Source of the DNA: Candidatus Iainarchaeum sp.
GTDB lineage: Archaea > Iainarchaeota > Iainarchaeia > Iainarchaeales > JAAZKV01
Assembly (NCBI GenBank): GCA_028691435.1
Contig: JAQUZG010000002.1
Location: 1 to 52,952 of the forward strand
DNA length: 52,952 nucleotides
Direction: 5' to 3'
The notes under the pieces are model-generated. The model searched no databases. It saw only the letters and a program-made list of their open reading frames with translations, and was not told the origin of the DNA. The position numbers and the translations under genes were made by a program. This document shows positions 37,601 through 46,567 of this stretch, piece by piece. The stretch's first letter is position 1. Each line of letters starts with the position of its first letter.

Positions 37601-37852
37601 GCAAGTATTTTCACCGGTTGTGTTTGATGAGAAAGTGTAAGTTGTTGGTAAGGCTTGACCTGTTGATTCATTATATGCTCCCCCACCCCCAACTAATAGA
37701 GCAGGGATTGCATTTGAGACATTCGAACAATAATCTTTTATTGAACAAGAGAAAGTATTTTGACAGTTAAAATTAAATGTTTGTGCATTTGCAAATGTCA
37801 TTGAAATTAATAGAAAAATTATACCTAATATTATGAACAACATTCTTTTCAT
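34610..37852 (-). CDS. Large Cys-rich cadherin/Ig-like surface protein with C-terminal TM
   Basis: Signal peptide; three repeats such as NIAPAIKTIPNQT...IDLWDY / NQTPLLNVADQ...INLTNY; further Ig-like repeats; C-terminal TM. Confidence 0.8.
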   Translation of the reverse strand: MKRMLFIILGIIFLLISMTFANAQTFNFNCQNTFSCSIKDYCSNVSNAIPALLVGGGGAYNESTGQALPTTYTFSSNTTGENTCTVKVNSTAYFNQSQTDETSSIYINDQLIGKTIDNYCNGPESTSCVYCGNNIQSIFTGTINLNQTNTLRIEGHQSHGVISVDLDCLSNNNCESNIAPAIKTIPNQTMRYSSSLQIDLWDYVSSATQRLSDLNLSISQNNQIANCSLTDNRYINCTSSTNLGQTQLTVTARDNCNLSTSKTFQINVTNQTPLLNVADQSKNCSSNLTNFINLTNYSVDEELSKLTYTILSESNTNLLSCQINNNYLTCDINSCSSSYSDLVIRVTDVLGASSTDNIRITLNQTGPAWKSIPTKCLSNSESQIYDLRNYVTYPTSNTDKNNITFSVSNQSNIATANCYLENNYYLSCNQVSNTQNESTLTLNATFNNASSSTTLLIKSQCTSNNEVTITSDISNICLESCTSKTQLISVKNPTAEKQCFNFELEKLSGGYLDVSLSRNEFCLNSKESTTISLSSNSCTTDSDYYKLRLTDQISKKYLDFTYSIGERCSSSYGEFKINSYNPQVCQGKSATYEIDVSNYSNQSKTINLMAENSFLLPYFSTNNLTLLAGQTKTVKLNVNATNASLGYKSIQLSGTASNYNLEKLMTFEVVDCSEISERNIILSSADSCFDVSRGQNFTGSFTVKRQSNGTGCECSLNNKMGVELFSPDSSALLGYTSIDLKCSEEKIIPFSITIPSDLHSGVNFITFAGKEKLQGVFDDELGTIDDLKFCINVRGDYSSRLLIKSTQIDIPYCSSKLFEVEIINDGDFEQTFNLNELSKPIGTEVIFSENTITVPKKSSKSFYVSISTNPSSLIANNQSVKFTATPENYYTEYGSNSSNSQSVLTGEIFFNITDKITLSDLEIVSYSNKVNLPKGANTEYTVVIKNNSSTGKYNLSITLDQNLPKGITFESKSIDRLNAGEQITLTGKIYSSIDSDINIGQELSNNLVINQGSFIINRVPITIKITENNESGAIFAGLFNMFTNAPLLGFVLVGFLLVMVAIIILVPDTKNYKEPWMGVD

Positions 37853-37869
37853 GATCCTTCCCCCAAAAT

Positions 37870-38355
37870 TTAATTTAATTTATTGATTAATTTAACAAAT
37901 AATAATGTTGCAATTATTGCAAGAATAATAAAGATAAAAATTTCAATTGGATTTTTACTTAATTCACTTAATGAAAATAATGCTTGACTTGATTGATTGG
38001 AATCTTGACTAACTTCATAGTATTTTAGTAAAACGTCTTTTGTGTAATAGTTATTTCCTGCTATTACTTCTAGTTTTGATGATTGTTCAATATAATTGTT
38101 TGAATTATTTTCTATTGTTATTTTTATGTTTGTTTGACTAAATTTTGAAATATATGTTGGTGCATTTATTGTTACTTTCGATGGTGCAAATAGATTAACA
38201 CTTAGGTTTAATGGTTCTTCACTAGGGTTTTTTACTGTGATGTAGAAGTCATTTGATTTGTTAGTTAGATTAAATTCAGTTAAGTGATCTACTGAAAATG
38301 CTGATGCATTTAGTGCCAGAATTGCGATAACCAAGAATATAATCAATTTTCTCAT
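37870..38355 (-). CDS. Small secreted single-Ig-like protein with C-terminal TM
   Basis: Signal peptide from the ATG at 38355 (GGTGA upstream); ITVKNPS motif; C-terminal TM. Confidence 0.75.
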   Translation of the reverse strand: MRKLIIFLVIAILALNASAFSVDHLTEFNLTNKSNDFYITVKNPSEEPLNLSVNLFAPSKVTINAPTYISKFSQTNIKITIENNSNNYIEQSSKLEVIAGNNYYTKDVLLKYYEVSQDSNQSSQALFSLSELSKNPIEIFIFIILAIIATLLFVKLINKLN

Positions 38356-38474
38356 TACACTCACCAAGCTTTTCACTTTGTAACTATGCAAAGTGTAATA
38401 TATTATTAGACAGAAAAAGTTTATAAATGTAATGATTTAACTGGAACAAGTGAATTAGTTAAAAATTAGAAAAA

Positions 38475-39227
38475 TTAATTACATTGAGCATGCAAAATAT
38501 TAGTTGAAGCATTTGATTGATTAAATGTTAAACCATTACACTTTTCAGGTATTATTGGACTAGAAATTTCAAGAGTATAATTTTGTCCATCTTGAATTAA
38601 TTTAACATCCGCATAAGGTTTTGTACAAACATATTCTCCACAAGAATCCACAGAATCTGCACTACTTATAACCATACCTTTAAAATTACCTGAAAAAATT
38701 GACCATGAATTAGCTAATGTCGCCCATAAACCTTGCGCACAATTTATTTCATTATTTGACCCATCAAAAACTCTAACTGTATTAAGTTTACTATCAGTAC
38801 CAGCTAAAAAATTAATTTTTAATTCATGGTTCGCACCACCACAAGAAACTTGATCAAAATAAATTGTATTTAAAACATCATTTTTAGATAAATTTACCCA
38901 TTTAACTGTATAAACACCATTGGCTGAATTATCGACAGCTGGAACAGAAGAAGAAGGAATAGATGGATTTTCAACATTAGATAAAACTTTAACTTCAGCA
39001 AAACTTGATTTAATCAAATTTTTATGTAAAACATTAAATAAAAAAAGAATTGAAGATGATGATGACGAAACAACTACAGAAGTAGTTGTAGGGTTTGATG
39101 AAGTAGAACCACCAGTAGGAATAGCTGCTGGAGTAAATGTTCCAATTGCAGCAAAAGAAAAAGAAATCAAGCAAATTAAACAAATTAAACAAACTAATTT
39201 TTTCATAATCATCACATAAATAACCAT
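38475..39227 (-). CDS. Secreted Cys-containing hypothetical protein
   Basis: Signal peptide MKKLVCLICLICLISFSFA; Ser/Thr-rich linker; no C-terminal TM. Confidence 0.75.
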   Translation of the reverse strand: MVIYVMIMKKLVCLICLICLISFSFAAIGTFTPAAIPTGGSTSSNPTTTSVVVSSSSSSILFLFNVLHKNLIKSSFAEVKVLSNVENPSIPSSSVPAVDNSANGVYTVKWVNLSKNDVLNTIYFDQVSCGGANHELKINFLAGTDSKLNTVRVFDGSNNEINCAQGLWATLANSWSIFSGNFKGMVISSADSVDSCGEYVCTKPYADVKLIQDGQNYTLEISSPIIPEKCNGLTFNQSNASTNILHAQCN

Positions 39228-39243
39228 TAATTAATATATAAAA

Positions 39244-41652
39244 TTAACTATTAGTTTCAACACAGATTCCTTTCTGAATATCAATACTCATATTAGCCAA
39301 ACATTTACCCGGAGTTATATTATTTACTGGATCAGTAATAATAAATTCACCTTCAGCAAACTGATTATTATAAGTTAATTTTTGAATAACTTTATATCCA
39401 CCCCCATAAGTAATTGGAAGATTGTTAATGACTAAATATTTTTTACTATCTTGTCCTATTATAATTAATGAATCCTTTAATGAATCATTATTATTACTTG
39501 CAACAAGGTTATCAGAAACAGTAGAATCATTAATAAAAAATTCTTGTTTAATAATATCCTTATTAAAATATTTGTCTAAATCCCAATTTGAAGTATCATT
39601 ATATTTAACACCCTTTATTGAAGAATCATCTAATTCAAAGATTACATAACCTGTTGAATATAAAGCAGTGTCAAAATCAAAATCATCATACATTTTACTG
39701 CTATCTACAACAACTAATTGTTCTAATGTTTCATCAGATAATCCCGGCCACCAACCGTTATTAGTGTTGTAAGTTACAAGAAGTTTTTCTTCACCACCTA
39801 AATCATATTCCATTATTGAGGAGTCAGCATAATAATAAATTGGAACAGCAGCCAAAGCACCAACCGCAAGAACCCCTAAAACAACTGCTCCACCAGTAGC
39901 TGCTGCAGCAGTAAGACTTGCTCCTGCAACAACAGCTAAAACACCAGTTGTTACTCCAGCAACTCCAGCAGAAACTCCTACAGAAGTAAGAGCTTCACCA
40001 CTAGTTAAATCACTACTACTAGATTTTAAAGTATCTAAATTGATATTAGAAATAACTGAATAATCAGATTGGTCATCACCATAAATAATGTCATTTGCCC
40101 CACCAATTAACACATTTCCAGCAATAGCTGAGGTTGTAGCAGCAATCGTTCTAACCCCACTTTCTTTAACAGAATATGCTGCAACATAATCTAGGGCTTT
40201 TTCTGTCGCAGCTTTAACAGTTTTCTTAGTTGCCCCACTTTTCAAAGCAGCTTTTTCAGCAGCCTTTATGACAAAATTTTTTGCAACAATATCCTTAAGA
40301 GTATCAACCCCAATAGAAGAAGTTTTAACTACATTAAGTGCTGCAGGAACAGATGCTGCACCACTAATATCCTTGAGATAAGTAGAAGTTTTAATTGTGT
40401 TAATAATACTTGCCTTTGAATCATTTGTAAATAATTTTGGCAAAGGTGTTTTTACAGAAATACTTTTAGGCAAATATTTCAAAATTGGTTTTGTTGTAGT
40501 TGTTATCCCAGTTGGAATAGAAACCTTTGAATAGTTTGTAAATAATTTTGCAGCTGCCTTAGTTCCACCAGTGGAAGCAGTTGTTGCACCGCCCGAATAA
40601 AGAGTAGATGCATAAGATGCAACTTCAGTCGTTACGCTAAAAATATTAAAAAAATCAACCCAATCATCTACCTTTTTACCACTTGATTTTGTAAATTTTT
40701 GTGCATCAATTAATTCAATCAAATCATTATATGAACTAATTGAATTAGCTAGCATTTCTTGATTAGGCACATATAAATCATAAGAGTCTGAAGTAAATCC
40801 ACCTTTTCCAACCATTAAGAAAACATATTTTATATTACCATTGTCCGCTACAACAAGATTATTTGCTCCAAAACCATTTTTTACCAGTTCAAAAGGTTCA
40901 CGAGATAAATAAAACTTTTTACTATCTCCTGTTGTTACTTTAAAAAAATTATTTGGCAAAGTTAAATCTATTATTCTTATACCATTATTTGAAGCAGTAG
41001 TCATATCAGAAGTTAAGTCAGTTAAGTGAGCAATTAACTCATCAGTTGTTGTTTTTTTTGCTTCATTTAAAATCCGGTTATATTCTGCCTCTAAAATTCC
41101 AAATCCTCTTATATCCACATCTGTTTCAAAATTTAATGAAAATATTGTTTCATAATCCATATTAACAAATACTCCACATTTAGGGGCATCAATTTTGTTA
41201 TTTGAAATTGATTTAAGATCAGTTGTTGTTTGAAAACAAGGCGTTTCTGAGTTATTTTTATAAATTAGGATATTTTGTTTACTTGAATCACCAGCCGATT
41301 TTTTTACTTGAACTTTCCAAGAATTATGTATCCCACCAACTAAATAATGGTGAAAAATAACCCAATTTTCAGAATCACTGCTAATATCCAAAGTTATATC
41401 CATTGGAGAAGTAGATTTATCATTTATTTTTTTTGTTCCATCAAAAACCTCAGTAGCTAACCAACTACCACCATCATCTTTTTCAAGCAGAGCAGTTTTC
41501 ATTTTCTCAGTATAGATCATTTGCCAAGAACCATGTTCTTCAAAAGAAATTAGATTTCCACCATATTTTTGTAAATTCTCATCAGAAACTGCAAAGACAT
41601 TAATCAGTAAAATAGAAAATATAAATAATAAAGCTAAATATTTACTATTCAT
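39244..41652 (-). CDS. Secreted 802-aa protein with a long Gly/Ala hydrophobic hairpin
   Basis: Signal peptide ending VFA; a TGG-containing segment; a Lys/Ala amphipathic region; about 50 uncharged residues ALTSVGVSAGVAG...LAAVPIYYYA. Confidence 0.8.
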   Translation of the reverse strand: MNSKYLALLFIFSILLINVFAVSDENLQKYGGNLISFEEHGSWQMIYTEKMKTALLEKDDGGSWLATEVFDGTKKINDKSTSPMDITLDISSDSENWVIFHHYLVGGIHNSWKVQVKKSAGDSSKQNILIYKNNSETPCFQTTTDLKSISNNKIDAPKCGVFVNMDYETIFSLNFETDVDIRGFGILEAEYNRILNEAKKTTTDELIAHLTDLTSDMTTASNNGIRIIDLTLPNNFFKVTTGDSKKFYLSREPFELVKNGFGANNLVVADNGNIKYVFLMVGKGGFTSDSYDLYVPNQEMLANSISSYNDLIELIDAQKFTKSSGKKVDDWVDFFNIFSVTTEVASYASTLYSGGATTASTGGTKAAAKLFTNYSKVSIPTGITTTTKPILKYLPKSISVKTPLPKLFTNDSKASIINTIKTSTYLKDISGAASVPAALNVVKTSSIGVDTLKDIVAKNFVIKAAEKAALKSGATKKTVKAATEKALDYVAAYSVKESGVRTIAATTSAIAGNVLIGGANDIIYGDDQSDYSVISNINLDTLKSSSSDLTSGEALTSVGVSAGVAGVTTGVLAVVAGASLTAAAATGGAVVLGVLAVGALAAVPIYYYADSSIMEYDLGGEEKLLVTYNTNNGWWPGLSDETLEQLVVVDSSKMYDDFDFDTALYSTGYVIFELDDSSIKGVKYNDTSNWDLDKYFNKDIIKQEFFINDSTVSDNLVASNNNDSLKDSLIIIGQDSKKYLVINNLPITYGGGYKVIQKLTYNNQFAEGEFIITDPVNNITPGKCLANMSIDIQKGICVETNS

Positions 41653-42202
41653 TTACATCACACTCTTGTTTTGCAAGTAAATAAATTCCCATATAATCAT
41701 CAAAATAAACATATTTGAATTTACTAACCACTAAATAAGTATTTGTCATTTCAATTGAAGAATTTGGATATTTGTCAAAATAGTTACTAATTGATAATCC
41801 AAGATTATTAATATCATTAATTAGGTTATCATATTTTAATTTAATTTTATCATAATCTTTTACCGATTCACAAAGTTCTTTTTCATTAGATTCTTCTAAT
41901 AAAGAAATTAGTTCATTTTTTTCTTCAGTTATTTCAATATATGAAACATAATTTTTTACTATTTCTTTTACTTGTTCATTTTTATCAGATAAATTAATTG
42001 AATTAAATTTATTTTTTACAGAGTTTAAATTGGAATTATCCATTGAGTAAATATCAATTGAGTTAAAGTCATTTAATTCTTTGACTTCTTTATTAGAAAC
42101 TGTCAATGAATTATTTGTTAAAAAAACATAAATTAAACAAGCTAAAACGATTAATCCAATAACAATTAGAAGATTTCGCCATTTCTTATCCATAATTAAC
42201 AA
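41645..42202 (-). CDS. N-terminally anchored helical hypothetical protein
   Basis: Single N-terminal TM; helical acidic body with two Cys; overlaps the downstream gene by 8 nt. Confidence 0.75.
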   Translation of the reverse strand: MLIMDKKWRNLLIVIGLIVLACLIYVFLTNNSLTVSNKEVKELNDFNSIDIYSMDNSNLNSVKNKFNSINLSDKNEQVKEIVKNYVSYIEITEEKNELISLLEESNEKELCESVKDYDKIKLKYDNLINDINNLGLSISNYFDKYPNSSIEMTNTYLVVSKFKYVYFDDYMGIYLLAKQECDVNE

Positions 42203-42276
42203 TAGAATATAGTCATTAACTATTTATATATTTTTCTTTTGATTGAATAAATAATTTTGATTTTTTCAATGATAAT

Positions 42277-43155
42277 TTATTTATAATATTTTATTTTTTC
42301 AATTAATTCAAAAGCAGTTTTATCAAATTTTGAAAAAGCAAACCATTTTTTGCCCAAATCTTTTAGTGATGCTCCAAAATGATAAACTATTTGATTATCA
42401 ATTATAATAAATCTATCATGAGATTTAGAAAATTGTTTTATTTTAACTAATGGGTATTGTTCATTAAATTTTTTTAAATCAATTTCTAATTGTTTAGATA
42501 AATTTGTAGTTAATATAGTTAAAACAACATTTTCATTTCTTTTAGTGAATAGAGTCAAAACAGAATCGTCAATATAATTGTCAATTAGAACAATAGATGA
42601 TTTAGCAGACCTAATAATATCTAAAACAAATTTATAAGCATCAAAAATTTGCCCATCAAAAAATATTCCTTTTTCAGGAAGATTCTTAGAATTAAGTAAT
42701 TCAAAAATTTCATTTAATTTTTCATCATAAATAATTTGTTTTGATTCAATCTGATTTAGTCTATTGAATAATAATTGATTATTAACAATAAATTTTCTCA
42801 TCAAAACAAATGCCCGCATGATTTGAATATTCATTAAAATTGCTTTTTCACTATTTAAAATACTTGAAAGATTTGCAACACCTTGTTCAGTAAAAACATA
42901 AGGCCTATAACCACCAAGGTATTTTTTAGAAGGTATCGCATTTTGCGACACCAAAAAATCTATTTCAAAATCATTTAACTGAAACATAAAATCAGTTGGA
43001 AATCGTTTAATATTTCTTTTTACTTGCTCTCTTAAGCGTGTAGCCTTAACAGAATAAAGATTTGCTAAATCTTTATCAAGTATAACTTCAATTCCTCTAA
43101 CCAAATAAATTTTATTTTTAATATTATCAACATCTATTGAAACTAATGAATTCAT
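42277..43155 (-). CDS. ORF6N DNA-binding domain fused to a PLD-like C-terminal domain
   Basis: IYLVRGIEVILDKDLANLY, VKRNIKRFPTDFMFQL, PYVFTEQGVA (ORF6N); C-terminal SHDRFIIID...YHFGASLKDLGKK. Confidence 0.88.
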   Translation of the reverse strand: MNSLVSIDVDNIKNKIYLVRGIEVILDKDLANLYSVKATRLREQVKRNIKRFPTDFMFQLNDFEIDFLVSQNAIPSKKYLGGYRPYVFTEQGVANLSSILNSEKAILMNIQIMRAFVLMRKFIVNNQLLFNRLNQIESKQIIYDEKLNEIFELLNSKNLPEKGIFFDGQIFDAYKFVLDIIRSAKSSIVLIDNYIDDSVLTLFTKRNENVVLTILTTNLSKQLEIDLKKFNEQYPLVKIKQFSKSHDRFIIIDNQIVYHFGASLKDLGKKWFAFSKFDKTAFELIEKIKYYK

Positions 43156-43291
43156 AAATAGTAACTAAAAAATGAATTAAAAAATATTAAGTAAGCAATT
43201 TGCCGGTGAAAATAATTAATTATCAAACTTTTCGTCACTAGCCAAAGACAAAATATAGTAATTTAAAGTAATCAGATGTAAATCTTATAAG

Positions 43292-44053
43292 ATGGCCAAA
43301 GCTGAAAATAATTTTATTGTTTTAAACAAAACTGAATTAAACTTGTTTAAACAAATGCAAGAATTTGAAATTGTGCCAAACGGAGAAGGAATTTTTTTAT
43401 TGATTGATAAAAAGATCGCAAATAGTGATAATTTGAGCAACAAGGTTTGTTTTGAAAAACCACAATTAGTTGATGAAAAACAAGTTATAATTGATAAAAT
43501 AAGAAATCAAGAAAATTTAAGTGAATTAGTGGAAGGAAAATTTGAAAAAACTTTAAATGAACAAGAAAGAAAAGCTTTGTTAGATTTGTTAGTTACTCAA
43601 AAAGTTATTGTTTTTAAATTAAATGAAAATTATAAGAAAGGAATTTATAAAATAAATGAAAAACAAGTTAGAGAAAAAAAAGAATCTGAAAATTTTTTAG
43701 CTGAAAAGAAAATGCCTGTTGAATACACTATTGAAAAAGATGGTTTTATTTCAACTACTAATCTTGAAAGAGCAAAAATACTTTCAAGTGATTATAAAGA
43801 AGAAATACAAGAAGGAAAACTTAAAGGAATAAAAAGTTTTGAAGGAATTTACTATTTAGTTCAGACTGAATTACTCCAAGATTATAAGAAAAAAATAATT
43901 TTATCATTTCAAGAGAATAAACATCAAAACATTGATGAGATTGCGATTAAATTAAATGTATCAAAAGAATTAGTTAAACTTACTTGTGAATTTCTTAAAG
44001 AAGACGGCGAATTACTTGAAAGAAAAAAAGAACAATATACTTATATAAATTAA
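43292..44053 (+). CDS. Hypothetical protein with a probable C-terminal winged helix
   Basis: NIDEIAIKLNVSKELVKLTCEFLKEDGELLE resembles a wHTH; the rest is unassigned. Confidence 0.65.
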   Translation: MAKAENNFIVLNKTELNLFKQMQEFEIVPNGEGIFLLIDKKIANSDNLSNKVCFEKPQLVDEKQVIIDKIRNQENLSELVEGKFEKTLNEQERKALLDLLVTQKVIVFKLNENYKKGIYKINEKQVREKKESENFLAEKKMPVEYTIEKDGFISTTNLERAKILSSDYKEEIQEGKLKGIKSFEGIYYLVQTELLQDYKKKIILSFQENKHQNIDEIAIKLNVSKELVKLTCEFLKEDGELLERKKEQYTYIN

Positions 44054-44100
44054 ATTATTGAATAAGCTTAATTAACAATTAAAATAATTATTGAATAAAT

Positions 44101-46494
44101 TTATTCAACACTAATTTCTTTTCCAATTAATATTTCTTCTATACCATGCATTGCTTTTAGTTCTTTAGCAACTGAAGAAAGAGACTTTGTAATTGTTGCT
44201 TTTTTGATTGTGTCTTTTAGAGAAAGATTTTTGTCTTTTTTATATTTCCAAATTAGAGAATTAAAATCAATTAATTCTTGGCTTACAATTTGAGTTTTAT
44301 GTTCAGTGAATTCTGGAAAACTTTTTTTATGAACATTTTCATTAAATAAATTATTGTAAATAAAATAAGTTATTGCCGGATTTACTGGAGCTAAAACTTC
44401 AAGAATTATTTTTAATGTATCACGAAGTGTTTTTATTGCAGCAAATTTTTCTGCATCAGAGAAATGCACATTTTCATCATTATTGTATGCTCTTCTTTTT
44501 ACAATTTCAAGATAGTTAGATGCAAAATCATCACGAATAAAATTCATTAATTTTACAGTCGGATTATGAAAATCATATTTTAAGAAAGATTCTTTAGCAT
44601 CTTTAGCAATTTCATTAATTTCACTTAAAATCCATTTATCAATTTCTTGTAAATCAATATTTTTTTCTTGTTCGCTAGTTACTTCAAACATTGAAATAAA
44701 TTTAGAAACGTTCCATAATTTTTGTAAAACTTTCCCTGCATTTTCTATTCTTTCAAAAGAACATCTAAAATCTATTCTGTCAAGATTTCCTTCAATTGCA
44801 CACCAAAGTCTAAATGGTTCGGCACCAAATTTATTTAAAATGTCATGTGGATCAATACCATTACCTTTACTTTTTGCCATTTTGTATCCTTTTTCATCAA
44901 CTATGTGATGGTGGATCCAAACATCATCAAAAATTATTTTTCCAGTCAGAAGGTAGTCTTTCAAAAGAGTGTAGTATAACCATGTTCGTACAATTTCTTT
45001 TCCTTGTGGACGAAGAGAACAAACTGGATGCTTATTAAAAAATTCTGGATACCTCTCATATCCTAAAATATATAAAGGTGAGATTGATGAATCAAACCAT
45101 GTATCAAAAACTCTTATTTCTCCAACAAATTCTTTAGAATCACATTTTGGACAAGATGAAATATGTTTTGGAGCGTCTTTCCAAGGTCTAACATATTCTC
45201 CTTTTTTAGCTAAGATTACTTCTCCACATTTTTTACAATACCAAAGAGGCACTTCTGTTGCATAATATCTTCGTCTTGAAATTGGCCAATCAATTGAAAC
45301 TGAATCTATCCAATCAAGTAAAATTTGTTTAGATTTTGGAGAATAAATTGTAATTTCATTTGCTATTTTTCTCATTTCATCTTTAAATTCAAGTTGTTTT
45401 AAATAAAATTCAGGCATTGTAATAAATTCAATTGCTGCTCCACTTCGCTCACTAATTGGTGTACGATGAGCAGCTGTTGGAGTCATTTTGATTAAAAGAT
45501 TTTGTGCTTTAAGTCCTTCAATAATTTTTTCTCTTGCATCTTTAATTTTTAAACCTGCTAAATCACCAGCGTTTTCATTTAAAGTTCCATTTTTGTTTAT
45601 TGCAACTTTTGCTGGCAAACCTTGTTCAATAAAAAATCTAATATCTGTTAAATCACCATATGAACACATCATCATTATTCCTGTTCCTTTTTCAATTTCT
45701 GCAAAAGGATGAGATTTGCATGGAACTTCTTTATTAAAATAAGGAGTAATTAAAGTTTTTCCTTCAAGATGTTTATATCTATCATCATCAGGATGAAAAA
45801 TTACCATTCCACATGTACAAACTAATTCAGGTCTTGTTGTCCCAATAATTACTTGCTCACCAGTATCTTTAACTTTGAAAACTATGTCATGAAAAAAACC
45901 TGGTCGGTCTTCATAGGTTATTTCTGAATCTGCAACTGTTGTTTGAAGTTTTGGATCCCAATTAACAACTTTGTTATCTTCATAAATTAAACCTTTATCC
46001 CACAAGTCAATAAAAGTTGCTTGTGTTACTGCACGATAGGAAGGCGAATCAGTTTCATAAATATCACCAATTTTTTCTCCTTTTGTCCATGATGAATAAC
46101 TTATACCACATTTAAAAAAAGAATCAATACTTTCAGCAGTTGTAGCATCAAGTAATTTTCTACAATAAGATAATGCCTCGTCTCTAGATAATTTTGTGAA
46201 ATCAACTTTGAATTTTTTTTCTGCACTTGTTTCAATTGGTAAACCATTTTGATCTAAACCAAGTGGAAATAAAACTTCTTTTCCAATCATTCTTTGATAT
46301 CTTGCAAAAAAATCCATGATTGTGTATGTTGAAGCATGACCTATGTGAATAGGACTATTTATATAAGGCGGAGGAGTGTCTATTGAATATACAATTTTTT
46401 CTGTATTTTCATTAAAAGCATAGTCTCTATCTTTTTTCCATTGTTCAAAGATTGTCAATTCCATTTCTTTTGTAAATTTTTTTTCTGCAATCAT
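44101..46494 (-). CDS. valS: Valyl-tRNA synthetase (archaeal type)
   Basis: SIDTPPPY, HIGH, GTTRPEL, GTGIMMMCSYGD, DWPISRRRYYAT, DTWFDSS, RPQGKEIVRTW, KMAKSKGN. ATG at 46494. Confidence 0.95.
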   Translation of the reverse strand: MIAEKKFTKEMELTIFEQWKKDRDYAFNENTEKIVYSIDTPPPYINSPIHIGHASTYTIMDFFARYQRMIGKEVLFPLGLDQNGLPIETSAEKKFKVDFTKLSRDEALSYCRKLLDATTAESIDSFFKCGISYSSWTKGEKIGDIYETDSPSYRAVTQATFIDLWDKGLIYEDNKVVNWDPKLQTTVADSEITYEDRPGFFHDIVFKVKDTGEQVIIGTTRPELVCTCGMVIFHPDDDRYKHLEGKTLITPYFNKEVPCKSHPFAEIEKGTGIMMMCSYGDLTDIRFFIEQGLPAKVAINKNGTLNENAGDLAGLKIKDAREKIIEGLKAQNLLIKMTPTAAHRTPISERSGAAIEFITMPEFYLKQLEFKDEMRKIANEITIYSPKSKQILLDWIDSVSIDWPISRRRYYATEVPLWYCKKCGEVILAKKGEYVRPWKDAPKHISSCPKCDSKEFVGEIRVFDTWFDSSISPLYILGYERYPEFFNKHPVCSLRPQGKEIVRTWLYYTLLKDYLLTGKIIFDDVWIHHHIVDEKGYKMAKSKGNGIDPHDILNKFGAEPFRLWCAIEGNLDRIDFRCSFERIENAGKVLQKLWNVSKFISMFEVTSEQEKNIDLQEIDKWILSEINEIAKDAKESFLKYDFHNPTVKLMNFIRDDFASNYLEIVKRRAYNNDENVHFSDAEKFAAIKTLRDTLKIILEVLAPVNPAITYFIYNNLFNENVHKKSFPEFTEHKTQIVSQELIDFNSLIWKYKKDKNLSLKDTIKKATITKSLSSVAKELKAMHGIEEILIGKEISVE

Positions 46495-46567
46495 AAAAGT
46501 CACTAGTTTATTAAATAAATGAAAATAAGAAATTAATTTAAATGTTCTTAAAATGAAAAGTTAAAAG

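Noticed and set aside
44053-44098. 13-bp direct repeat AATTATTGAATAA between convergent genes
   Set aside because: Almost pure A/T; plausible by chance at this base composition.
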